Source: the human T2T-CHM13v2.0 reference genome, Homo sapiens. Taken from it: a stretch of 64,000 nt of DNA. Below are positions 31,342-48,312 of this stretch, piece by piece. Numbering within the stretch: the first letter of the stretch is position 1; each line of letters opens with the position of its first letter. The stretch is from the NCBI RefSeq assembly GCF_009914755.1, contig NC_060928.1; one strand, 5' to 3'. The position numbers and the translations under genes were made by a program. Under the pieces are notes generated by a model, which saw nothing but the letters and a program-made list of their open reading frames with translations, was not told the origin of the DNA and made no database searches.

Positions 31342-33311
31342 TTTCTTGTACATTTGTGAATTTGAAAGAGTTATATGCCAGCTTCTGAGGCATTTCTTAA
31401 AGATGAATTTTTAAATCCTGGTTTCTTTTAAGTCTTTTTGGAATAGCTATACATTAGCCAAAGTAAATTTTTTGATACAAGTTTACCTCTAAAGGAAGAG
31501 GACATTCGAATAGGGTTTTATAGCTATTTCAGTATAGGGTTTTATGATTTTCTCTTAAGGAATTTCAGAGTATGTGTCATTGTTTCAAGATTTTCTATTT
31601 ACTACTTTAAAAATGGAAATAATAGGTCTTTGGTACCTTCTTGAAGGTCATATGCCACAAAGAATGCAAAAATACATGAAAGTCCTTAGTATTTGTTGTT
31701 ATGGTCATTTTTTAGAGCTAATTTTATTTTTAATCATTAGCGGTTGCTTCGTTTGGAGTTCTGTTTTTATAACAATGATAGATAATATCTGCATCATATT
31801 ATTGATGTAAAAAAAATCTACCTTTGAAATGAATTAGGGATGTACCATACTTTTGAATGTTTGTCATCAAACAACATTTAGCATAAACTGCATCTAGTGG
31901 CCATTGCTCTGTAATATGTAAAGACTTGTCGGTACTTTGTCCTGCTAATTAATTTGAGGATTTAGATTGTAAGCTCTGTGAGGGCAGAAAGTAATATTTT
32001 TCTCATTTTTGTAATCTTTTCTATTATTGTCTGCATAGCATAGTACTTTACACTGTATCAGAAATTGAGTATTTTGGTTTAGGCTTCTATGGTAATAGAG
32101 GTTAAGAAAGGAAATTTGGTAGACCTTTAACATTTGCTGGATTTTGACATTTTTGATTTTTGACTGAAGTCTTCAAGTTCTGTTACATGACACAAGAATG
32201 TGAAATGATTTTTTCTTTTTTTGGGAAAAGCTGGTTTTTTGTGTGCTTTATATAATTTAAAGAAAAGACTTGTTATGAAATAGTTTCAGTCATTTTCTGA
32301 ATTATTGTTGAAATTAGTACAGGGTAGATTCACATGGTCAGAAAGTGTCACTTAAAGTTTTCACCTTTAGCTTATGTGGTTGATATTTATCTAATTAGAA
32401 ATTAAGACCCAGAAATTTAAAAAATTCAAGCACATATTCCATTAGCTGCCAGAGCAATGTCACCACACATCCTGTAGCTTCTAGAAAACCATGTAACATA
32501 TACTCATGAGGGAATGAGAGCAAGGGGAAAAGGCAAAATGTGAAACATAAGGATATATAATGTCTTAGTATAATAATGAAATAATTTTGACTTCATGTAT
32601 TCCCTGAAGAGTCCACACTGTGATAACTGCTGCTTTATATTGTTATGATTACTCACAGACAGAAGCTATGTGGAAGAGAAGCAAAAAAGTAAAGGAGTAG
32701 AATAGACAGCGGAGCATGTTTTAAAATGTAAAATATAGAGTACCTGTAAAATGTAGTAGTATTTTCTTCTTATAGTAGTATTTACAGCCCTGAGAGAGAA
32801 GATTGAATTAATTACAACTTGAACACTTGACCATTTCTACTGCTGTATTTTTTGTGAAAAACGAAAATTCAAATGTTTGTTTTATTATTTCCCACTATTT
32901 TTTTTTTTTTTTGTATATGGCTTAATATGTGCCACACTTAGGTAGTATGGTAAAGATGTAAAGGTACCTAGGCTTTGGATCTAAACAGACCTATACTCAA
33001 ATCTCAGTTCTTGTTAGGGCTTGTACCTTGGGCAAGTTACTAATCTTTTTTCTCACCATTAAAATGAGAATTGTGTTTAGAAGTTTGTTATGAGGACTAA
33101 CTATTTATGTAAAATTCTAGATACAATGCATTTGTCCAACCCCAAGTTCACAAAAGTCTGGTCATCCCCTTTTTGTAATTATAATTTGACTCTCATGTGC
33201 TTTTATTCAAATGAGAGAGAAACATAACTTTTCATCATAGCAACAAACTTAAAATAATGTCTTTTACTTATTATTGCTTGGAATCATCAATTATTTATGC
33301 TTTTTTCCTAG

Positions 33312-33349
33312 TCAAAGTAAACAAGTATGGAGATACTTGGGATGAGTGA
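33312..33349 (+). CDS. OCIAD1: OCIAD1 last coding exon (VKVNKYGDTWDE*)
   Basis: CCTAG| acceptor, TGA 33347-33349; exons sum to 58+81+54+48+136+170+153+38=738 nt = 245 aa + stop. Confidence 0.97.
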
Positions 33350-33673
33350 AAAATTACATCATTGGACATGAAGGAGTTTCAACATCCAGCTTCATCTAGG
33401 TGGTCATGATTACCTGCATGCTTTGAGCTCAGCAGCAGTCTTCATAAACACATTTAAAACAAGATCCTGGGTTTTTGTGGTTTGACTTCTATGGTGTTTT
33501 AAAAAAACACAGATTTTTAGTGTTAATATTGTGTAAATGTACTCACCTTAGGGATTCATTTGAATGATGGTATTATACCATGATTGTATACAGTTTGTGA
33601 AATTGTTGCAAGGGCAAAGATAACTCTTAAAAAACCGTCGAGATTACAATGCTCTAGAATCAGCATATAAGAA

Positions 33674-33929
33674 AATAAATGATATCTGCATGTTGAATTG
33701 GGGTGGATGGGGGGAGCAAGCATAATTTTTAAGTGTGAAGCTTTGCATCAAGAAATTATTAAAAAGCTTTTTTTCTCCAGTATTTTCTGTATTATCTTAA
33801 TGTTTATGGCAAATAAAATGTAAAGGAACATGCAACAGCCCTCATCTTCCTTGATTTTATGGTTTTATTGTTTGTAATTTATTGATTTATTTTTAAGCTA
33901 GTTATAATCATGTAGGTATAGGAAATAAA
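33674..33929 (+). terminator. OCIAD1: OCIAD1 tandem polyadenylation signals
   Basis: AATAAA at 33674, 33812 (followed by a GT/T-rich downstream element ~33850-33895) and 33924. Confidence 0.75.
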
Positions 33930-33984
33930 GTCATCTATAATATTTCTATAATATGGCTATAATATGGCTATAAATCTATAATAT

Positions 33985-34287
33985 GGCTGGAGGCAGTGGG
34001 CAGTGGTTCATGCCTGTAATCCCAGCACTTTGGGAGGCCGAAGTGGGAGGATTGCATGAGTCCAGGAGTTTGAGACCAGCCTGGGCAACAAAGCGAGACC
34101 CTGTCTTTACAAAAAAATAAAAATTAGCTGGCGATGGTGTCGTGTGCCTGTAGTCCTAGTTACTTAAGAGGCTGAGTTGGGAGGATCAGTTGAACCCAGT
34201 GGTTCTGGGTTGCAGTGAGCTGTGGTCACACCACTGAACTCCAGCCTGTGCGACTGAGTGAGACCCTGTGTCTAAAAAAATAAAAAT
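33985..34287 (+). mobile_element. AluJ SINE
   Basis: Diverged dimer. Confidence 0.9.
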
Positions 34288-34440
34288 ATAATGAATGTGA
34301 TTTATGTAGATAAATTGATAATATAGTAAATAGGTAAATGCCTTAAAAAGCATTTTTAAAGAATTTGTAAATTCTAAAACAATAAAAATTTGGTATACAT
34401 CACAGAGACTGATATTATGTTAAAAAGAAAAATTGGTGTA

Positions 34441-34690
34441 CAGTGACCCTTCGTATCTGTGGGTTCCGTATCTGCAGATTCAATCAACTGCAGATTGAAA
34501 ATATTTGAGGGAGAGAAATGGATGGTTGTCTGTACTGAACTCTTGTTATTCCCAAACAATACATTGTAATAACTATTTACATAGCATTTACATTAGGCAT
34601 TACAAGTAATCTATAAATGACTTAAAGTATATAGGAGGATGTGCATTGGTTATATGTAAATACTACACCATTTTATAGTGGACGTTAGGA
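34441..34690. mobile_element. Tigger2/MER8-like DNA transposon fragment
   Basis: TA|CAGTGACCCTTCGTATCTGTGGGTTCC..GATTCAA..GAAAATATTT. Confidence 0.65.
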
Positions 34691-34719
34691 ACCTGGACCA
34701 ATAGACCCCCACCTAGTCA

Positions 34720-36010
34720 CATTTTAGAAAGAACACATGGGATGGGAGATACCGCAGCCATCTTTCAGTCTATCATTTGGCAGCTGTAATTCACATCCCT
34801 TTCCTGAGGACCTCTGTTTCCTATGCCATTACAAAAGCTCAAAGTCTAGGAGCTGATCATCTAATCAGGATAAGGTATGGATGAGGCTCCTTGGGTAAAG
34901 CTTCATGAATAAAAGCGTCATGAATACCATTTCTCTGTCTGAAGGCCTGAACTTAAGAACTTATCTGCTTTGTTCACCTGTTAGGCATAACATCACTACT
35001 CTGGAGATTCCCATTCAAAAAGAGAAAAGGAAAGGCTTGGCTTGCAATTCTGAAGTCTAGCCAGCCTAATGTGGCTGTTCTTTGGGGCCTAGGTATATTC
35101 CCTGGGGGTTGTTCTCTGGTGCTTTTGACCCTGCCCTCTGATTTTTCCTTTTCTATTGAGGCACTTGTGTTTGCAGCTGAGTAGTTTTTTTTGTTTGTTT
35201 TTTAAAGCCTACTCCCTCACAGAATTTGGGGGTCCAAAGGCCTATTTTTACTACTACCCCTGTCCAAGCTGACATATTTTTTCATATTTTTTTCCTGTGT
35301 ATTTCTCATGTATCAATTTATAATCCATTCTATTACACAAGAGCCACTCATAAAGTCTATTGGAAATAGTCCTTTTTCTATGTTGGGCTCCCTGTGAGGC
35401 TGATGAACAACATACTTCAGATTCTAAGCCTTGGACAGGGTCTAAAAGGCATGCTGGTAAGACACGTAGGCAATTTACATGTCTGAAATGTCTTAAGATG
35501 CACTCATCTTCCTGAGGTCTTGAGCAAAGTATCTTTTGCCCCACTTTGGATTTGGTCTTTGAGAGCCATTGAAAGGGCTATTCTGAGCCTTAATATGTCT
35601 TCCAAATTCCATTTGGGAGTGGAATAATTTGTTCTTTATACCTCTTCCTCATTTTATTTTGGATGGGTAGAAAAAGCCAAATGGCCCCAGACTCAACACT
35701 GCCAGGAAATCTTAGCTAGATCATTAGGCACATTTTCTATTTTTGGTGATAGCACAGGTAACAGTTTTGCTAAACTTACTGCTTAAAAAGGGGCTCTTCT
35801 AGCTTCCAATAACATTTTCCTCCCTCTGACATCCTCCTTGGAAGCCCTTTGGGCTTCTGCTAATGCCTTCCTCGAGGCCCTTTAGGATTTAACTAGCAAT
35901 CTCTTCATGATCCTGGCAGCATCCATCTGCTACTTGGTCCCAAAGTGAATGCCATATGTCTTAGGTTCTTGTTGTGGCAGGACCTCACTTCCAGGTACAA
36001 AATTTCTATT
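34720..36010 (-). mobile_element. MaLR (MLT1-type) internal sequence; its adjoining LTR appears displaced to ~51480-51875
   Basis: Ends in CACTTCCAGGTACAAAATTTCT, resembling the MaLR internal/LTR junction; LTR-like sequence resumes after the L1MA. Confidence 0.45.
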
Positions 36011-36999
36011 TTAAAATTATTATTTTGGGGGGTACACACGAATATATATGGGTTACATGAAATATTTTGATACAGGCATGCAATGTGTAATCACATCAGG
36101 ATAAATGGGATATTCATCCCCTCAAGCATTTATCCTTTGTGTAACAAATGATCCAATTATACTCTTTTAGTTGTTTTAAAATATATAATTATTTTAGACT
36201 ATAGTCACCCTGTTGTGCTAGCAAATACTAGGTCTTACTCTATTTTTTTGTACCCATTAACCATAGACCCACTGCACCTGCCTGTCCCACTTGCAACTCA
36301 CTACCCTTCCCAGCCCCTCGTAACCATCCTACTGTCTATCACCGTGACTTCAATTATTTTAAATTTTAGCTCCCATAAATAAATGAGAACGTGAAATTTG
36401 TCTTTCAGTGCCTGGCTTATTTCATTTAACATAATGAACTCCAGTTCCATCCATGTTGTTGCAAGTGATAGGATCTCATCCTTTTTTAAGACTGAGTAGT
36501 ACTCCATTGAGTACATGTACCACATTTTCTTTATCCATTCATCTGTTTGTGGGACACTTAGGTTGTTTCCAAATCTTGGCTATTGTGAATAGTGTTACAG
36601 TAAACATTAGAGTGCAGATATCTCTGATATACTGATTTCTTTTCTTTTGGGTGTATACCTAGCAGTGGGACTGCTGGATTATATGATAGCTCTTTTTTTT
36701 TTAGTTTTTCGAGGAACTTCCAAACTCTTCTCCATCATAGTTGTAATAATTTGCATTCCCACCAACAGTGTATGAAGATTCCCTTTTCTCCATATCCTCA
36801 CCAGCATTTCTTATTGCCTGTCTTTTGGATAAAAGCCATTTTAACTGACATGAGATGATATCTCATAATAGTTCTGATGTGCACTTCTCTGATAATAATG
36901 TTGAGCTCTTTTTCATATACCTATTTGCCATCTGTATGTCTTCTTTTGAGAAATGTCTATTCAGAGCTTTTGCCCATTTATTATAATAATATTACTATT

Positions 37000-37140
37000 T
37001 TGTTCTTTTTTTCTTCTTTTTATTGAAACAGGGCCTTGCTATGTTGCCCAGGCTGGTCTCAAACTCCTAAGCTCAAGTGATTTGGCGACCTTGGCCTCCT
37101 AAAGTGCTTGGATTACAGATACGGGCCACTGCACCTGGCC
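37000..37140 (-). mobile_element. FLAM (free left Alu monomer)
   Basis: Single antisense monomer with T tail. Confidence 0.88.
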
Positions 37141-37382
37141 TATTGTTATTATTATTTATTTTTTTAATTTTATTATTATTATACTTTTAAGTTTTACGGT
37201 ATATGTGCACAACGTGCAGGTTTGTTACATATGTATACATGTGCCATGTTGGTGTGCTGCACCCATTAACTCATCATTTAGCATTAGGTATATCTCCTAA
37301 TACTATCCCTCTCCCTTCCCCCACTCCACAACAGTCCCCAGAGTGTGAGGTTCCCCTTCCTGTGTCCAAGTGTTCTCATTGT

Positions 37383-41200
<3,818 letters not shown>

Positions 41201-41269
41201 CTGTTATTATGATGTTAGCTGGTTATTTTGCTCATTAGTTGATGCAGTTTCTTCCTAGCCTGGATGGTC

Positions 41270-42285
41270 TTTACAATTTGGCATGTTTTTGCAGAGGCTG
41301 GTACCGGTTGTTCCTTTCCATGTTTAGTGCGTCCTTCAGGAGCTCTTTTAGGGTAGGCCTGGTGGTGACGAAATCTCAGCATTTGCTTGTCTGTAAAGTA
41401 TTTTATTTCTCCTTCACTTATGAAGCTTAGTTTGGCTGGATATGAAATTCTGGGTTGAAAATTCTTGTCTTTAAGAATGTTGAATATTGGCCCCCACTCT
41501 CTTCTGGCTTGTAGAGCTTCTGCCAAGAGATCCGCTGTTAGTCTAATGGGCTTCCTTTTGTGGGTAACCCGACCTTTCTCTCTGGCTGCCCTTAACATTT
41601 TTTCCTTCATTTCCACTTTGGTGAATCTGACAATTATGTGTCTTGGAGTTGCTCTTCTCAAGGAGTATCTTTGTGGCGTTCTCTGTATTTCCTGAATTTG
41701 AATGTTGGCCTGCCTTGGTAGATTGGGGAAGTTCTCCTGGATAATATCCTGCAGAGTGTTTTCCAACTTAGTTCCATTCTCTCCGTCACTTTCAGGTACA
41801 CCAATCAGACATAGATTTGGTCTTTTCACATAGTCCCATATTTCTTGGAGGCTTTGTTCATTTCTTTTTATTCTTTTTTCTCTAAACTTCTCTTCTTGCT
41901 TCATTTCATTCATTTGATCTTCCATCACTGATACCCTTTCTTGCAGTTGATCGCGTCGGCTACTGAGGCTTCTGCATTCATCACGTAGCTCTCGTGCCTT
42001 GGTTTTCAGCTCTGTCAGGTCCTTTAAGGACTTCTCTGCATTGGTTATTCTAGTTATCCATTCATCTAATTTTTTTTCAAAGCTTTTAACTTCTTTGCCA
42101 TTGGTTCGAGTTTGCTCCTGTAGCTTGGAGTAGTTTGATTGTCTGAAGCCTTCTTCTCTCAACTCGTCAAAGTCATTCTCCGTCCAGCTTTGTTCCATTG
42201 CTGGTGAGGAGCTGTGTTCCTTTGGAGGAGGAGAGATGCTCTGATTTTTAGAGTTTCCAGTTTTTCTGCTCCGTTTTTTTCCCAT
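41270..42285 (-). pseudogene. L1 ORF1p with C-terminal frameshift
   Basis: MGKK start at 42285; canonical to ..TDKQMLR, then shifts frame near 41375. Confidence 0.93.
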
Positions 42286-44159
42286 CTTTGTGGCTTTATC
42301 TACCTTTGGTCTTTGATGATGGTGACACACAGGTGGGTATTTGGTGTGGATGTCCTTTCTGTTTGTTAGTTTTCCTTCTAACAGACAGGACCCTCAGCTG
42401 CAGGTCTGTTGGAGTTTGCTAGAAGTCCACTCCAGACCCTGTTTGCCTGGGTATCAGCAGCGGTGTCTGCAGAACAGCGGATATTGGTGAACTGCAAATG
42501 CTGCTGCCTGATCATTCCGCTGGAAGTTTTGTCTCAGAGGAGTACCCGGCTCTATGAGGTGTCAGTCTGCCCCTACTTGGGGTTGCCTCCCAGTTAGTCT
42601 ACTCAGGGGTCAGGGACCCACTTGAGGAGGCAGTCCGCCCGTTTTCAGATCTCAAGCTGCATGCTGGGAGAACCACTACTCTCTTCAAAGCTGTCAGAGA
42701 GGGACGTTTAAGTCTGCAGAGGTTACTGCTGTCTTTTTGTTTGTCTGTGCCCTGCCCCCAGAAGTGGAGCCTACAGAGGCAGGCAGGCCCCCTTGAGCTG
42801 TGGTGGGTTCCACCCAGTTCGAGCTTCCCGGCCGCTTTGTTTACCTAATCAAACAACTAACTCGGCAATGATGGGCACCCCTCCCCCAGCCTCACTGCTG
42901 CCTTCCAGTTTGATCTCAGACTGCTGTGCTAGCAATGAGTGAGACTCCATGGGCGTAGGACCCTCTGAGCTATGTGCGGGATATAATCTCCTGGTGTGCC
43001 GTTTTTTAAGCCCGTTGGAAAAGCTCAGTATTAGGGTGGGAGTGACCCTATTTTCCAGGTGCCGTCTGTCACCCCTTTCTTTGACTAGGAAAGGGAATTC
43101 CCTGACCCCTTGCACTTCCCAGGTGAGGTGATACCTCGCCCTGCTTCGGCTCACACATGGTGCGCTGCACCCACTGTCCTGCACCTCCTCTCTGGCACTC
43201 CCCAGTAAGATGAACTTGGTACCTCAGTTGGAAATGCAGAAATCACCAGTCTTCTGCGTGGCTCATGCTGGGAGCTGTAGACCGGAGCTGTTCCTATTCG
43301 GCCATCTTGGCTCCTCCCACCTGGCCTATTATTAGTATTTTAAATCTCAGCATCCACCAGAGGATGCCCATTTTTTTAATTGGATTATTAGATTTTTTCC
43401 TATTGAGTTGTTTGAGTTCCTCTTATGTTCTGGTTACTAATCCCTTGTCAGATGGATAGTTTGCGAATATTATCTCCCATCACATGGGTTGTCTTTTCAC
43501 TTTGTGGATTATTTTCTTTGCTATGGAGAAGGTTTTAACCTGATGTAATACCATTTGCCCATTTTTCTGTTGGTTGCCTGTGCCTATGGGATATTACTCA
43601 AGAAATCTTTACCCAGTCCCATGTCCTAGAGTGTTTCTTCAATGTTTTAGTAGTTTCATAGTCTGAGGTCTTAGATTTACTCTTTAATTCATATTGATTT
43701 GATTTCTGTATATGGTAAGAGATGGGTCTAGTGTCATTCTTCTGCATGTGGATATCCAGTTTTCCCAGCACCATTTGTTGAAGAGACTGTCCTTTCCCCA
43801 TTATATTCTTGGCAACTTTGTTGAAAATTGAGTGCACTGTAGATGTATGCATTTGTTTTGGGGTTATCTGTTATGTTCCACTGGTGTATGTGTCTGTGTT
43901 TATGCCAGTACTATGCTGTTTTGGTTACTATAGCTCTGTAGTATACCTTGAAGTCAGCCAATGTGATTCCTCCAGTATTTTTTTTTTTTTTCCTTAGGAT
44001 AGCTTTGGCTATTCTGGGTCTTTTGTGGTTCTATATAAGCTTTAGGGTTGTTTTTTTCTATTTCTGTGAAGAATGTCACTGGTATTTTGACAGAGATTGC
44101 ATTGAATCTGTAGATTGCTTTGGAGAGTATGGACATTTCAACAATGTTGATTTGTCTAA

Positions 44160-45210
<1,051 letters not shown>

Positions 45211-46100
45211 CCATCTTTCACATCTTTGGTTAATTCTTAGGTATTTTGTTTTCTTTGTAGCTATTGTAAGTGGGATTACTTTCTTGATTTCTTTTTCAGA
45301 TTGTTTTCTGTCAGGACATAGAAATGATACTGATTTTTGTATGTTGATTTCATATCCTACAACTTTACTGAATTCGTTTATCAGCTCTAATAGTTTTTTG
45401 GTTGAGTCTCTCAATTTTTCCAAATATAAGATCATGTCATCTGCAAACAAGGACAATTTGACTCCTTCTTTTCCAATTTGTATGCTCTTTATTTCTTTCT
45501 CTTTTCCAGTTGCTCTAGTAAGGACTTCCAGTATAACAATGAGTAACAGTGATAAAAGTGGACATCCTTGTCATGTTCCAGATCTTACAGGAAAGGCTTT
45601 CAGCTTTTTCCTTTCTGTATGATACTATGTGTTTGTTCTATATTATATGGCTTTTATTATGTGGAGGTACGTTCCTTCTATACCCAGTTTTTTGAGGATT
45701 TTTGTCATGAAGGGGATGTTGAATTTTGACAAATGCTTTTCCAGCATCAGTTGAAATGATCATATGGTTTTTGTCCTTCATTCTGTTGATATGATGTATC
45801 ACATTGATTGATTTGCATATGTTGAACTATCCTTGCATCCCTGAGATAAATCCCATTTGGTCATAATGATCTTTTTAATGTGTTGTTGAATTTGGTTTGC
45901 TAGTATTTTGTTGAGGATTTTTTCATCAGTATTTATCAGCAATATTTGCATGTAGTTCTTTTGATGTGTCTTTGTCTGCTTTTGGTATCATGGCAATATT
46001 GGCCTCATAGAATGAGTTTGGAAGTATTTCCTCCTTCTCTATTTTTTGGAATATTTTGAGTAGGATGGGTATTAGTTCTTCTTTAAATGTTTGGCAGAAT

Positions 46101-46192
46101 CCCTCAGATGTTTTCCTGTTCCACATGACCTGCTGTTTGGGATTGAGGCGGGAAGCCAGTGGAATAAATGTATTTCTATCTGAAAAAAAAAA
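46101..46192 (+). pseudogene. 92-bp 5'-truncated mRNA 3'-end retrocopy, parent unknown
   Basis: Non-L1 sequence, AATAAA 46163-46168, A10 at 46183-46192, TSD GTTTG(G/T)CAGAAT at 46089-46100 and 46193-46204. Confidence 0.8.
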
Positions 46193-46736
46193 GTTTGTCA
46201 GAATTCATCAGTGAAGCCACTGGGTCTCGGGCTTTTCTTTGCTGGGAAGTTTTTATTACAGCTTCAGTCTCATTGCTTGTTATCACTCTGTTCAGGTCTT
46301 GGATTTCTTCATGGTTCAATCTTGGTAGTTGTGTATGTGTCCAGGAATTTATCCATTTCCTTCAGATTTTCCAATTTATTGGCATATAGTTGCTCATAGT
46401 AGCCACTAATTATCATTTGAATTTCTGCAGTATTAGTCGTAATGTCTCCTTTTTCATCTCTAATTTTATTTGAGTCTTCTCTCTTTTTTTCTTAGTCTGC
46501 CTAAAGGTGTGTCAATTATATCTTTTCAACAAAATCTTTTTGTTTCATTGATCTTTTGTATTGTTTTCTTTGTTTCAATTTCATTTATCTCTGTTTCTGC
46601 TGTGATCCTTATTATTTTTTCTACTAATTTTGGGTTTGGTTTTCTCTTGCTTTTCTAGTTCTTTAAGATGAATCATTAGGTTATTATTATATATATAATT
46701 GTAGTTTACATATCACAGCTCCAGTATTGGGTGCAT

Positions 46737-46742
<6 letters not shown>

Positions 46743-46786
<44 letters not shown>
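46743..46786. repeat. (TG)n microsatellite
   Basis: Uninterrupted TG run of about 22 units. Confidence 0.97.
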
Positions 46787-46790
<4 letters not shown>

Positions 46791-48024
46791 AGCCACTTAT
46801 AGCTATAAACTTCCCTCTTAGTGCTGCTTTTGCTGTATTTCATAGTTTTGGTGTGTTGTTTTTCCATTATCATTCGTTTCTGGAAATTTTTCAATTTCCT
46901 TCTTGATTCCTTAATTGATCCACTGATTCAGGAGCATATTGTTTAATTTTTATGTGTTTATATAGTTTGCAAAATTCCTCATTATTGATTTCTAGTTTTA
47001 TTCCATTGTGGTCAGAGAAGATGCTTGATATTATTTCAATTTTTAAAAAATGTTTTATGACTTATTTTGTGACCTAACATATGGTCTATGCTTGAGAATG
47101 ATCCATGTGCTGAGAAAAAGAATGTATATTTTTCAGCTGTTGGATGAAACAGCCTGTAAATATCTATTTGGTCCATTTGTTCCATAGTGCAGGTTAAGTC
47201 TGATGTTTCTTTGTTGATTTTCTGTCTGGAAACATCTCTCTAATGCTGAAGGTAGGGTATTGAAGTCTCCAGCTATTATGATATTATAGTCTATCTCTTT
47301 AATTTTAATAATATATGCTTTATATATCTGGGTGCTCCAGCATTGGTTGCATATATATTTACAATGATTACATCCTCTTGCTGAATTGACCTCGTTATCA
47401 TTATATAATGATCTTCTCTGTCTCTTTTATAGTTTTTGTCTTGAAATCTATTTTGTCTGATATAAGTATAGCTACTCCTGCTTTTTTTGGTCTCCATTGA
47501 CATGGAATATCTTTTTCCATCCCTTTATTTTCAGTCTACATGGGTCTTTATATGAAGTGAGTTTCTTGTAGGGAACAGATCATTGGGTCTTTTTAAAAAT
47601 CCATTTAGCCACTCTGTGTCTTTTGGCTGCAGTGTTTATTCCATTTATATTCAATATTATTATGGTAAGTAAAGACTTCTGCCATTTTGTAATTTGTTTT
47701 CTGGTTGTTTGTGGTCTTCTCTTCCTTCTTTCCTTCCTTTCTGTCTTCCTTTTAGTGAAGGTGATTTTCTCTGGTGACATGATTTAATTTCTTGCTTTTT
47801 TTGTATGTGTATTCATTGTATTTTTTAAATTAACCCAGATCTTAGGAGCTTAACATATGTTTTTTGATTTGCAGTTACCATGAAGCTTGCAAACACTATC
47901 TTATAACCCATTCTTTCCAGTGAATAACAACACTTATTGCATAAACAAACTAAAAATTAAAAATAAAACTAATAAAAACTCTACACTTTAACTTCATCCC
48001 CCTGCTTTTTAAATTTTTATTGTT

Positions 48025-48312
48025 TTGCCCAGTGCAGTGGCTTAGGCTTGTAATCCCACCAGTTTGGGAGACAGAAGTGGAAGGACTGCTTGAGCCCAGG
48101 AGTTTGAGGCCAGCCAGAGCAACATAGTGAGACCCCAGCTCTACAAAAAAACAGAAGAATATTAGCTGGGCATAGTGGTGTGTACCTGTACTCCCAGCTA
48201 CTTGAGAGACTGAGGTGGGAGGATCGCTTGAGCCTGAGAGGTTGAGTCTGCAGTGAGCCATTGATCACACCACTGCCCTTCAGCCTGGGCAACAAAGTGA
48301 GACTGTCTCAAA
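48025..48312 (+). mobile_element. AluJ SINE
   Basis: Diverged dimer with AT-rich tail. Confidence 0.92.

Noticed and set aside
33933-33988. Short CTATAATATGG tandem repeat after the poly(A) signals
   Set aside because: Low-complexity slippage next to an Alu insertion site; no evidence of function
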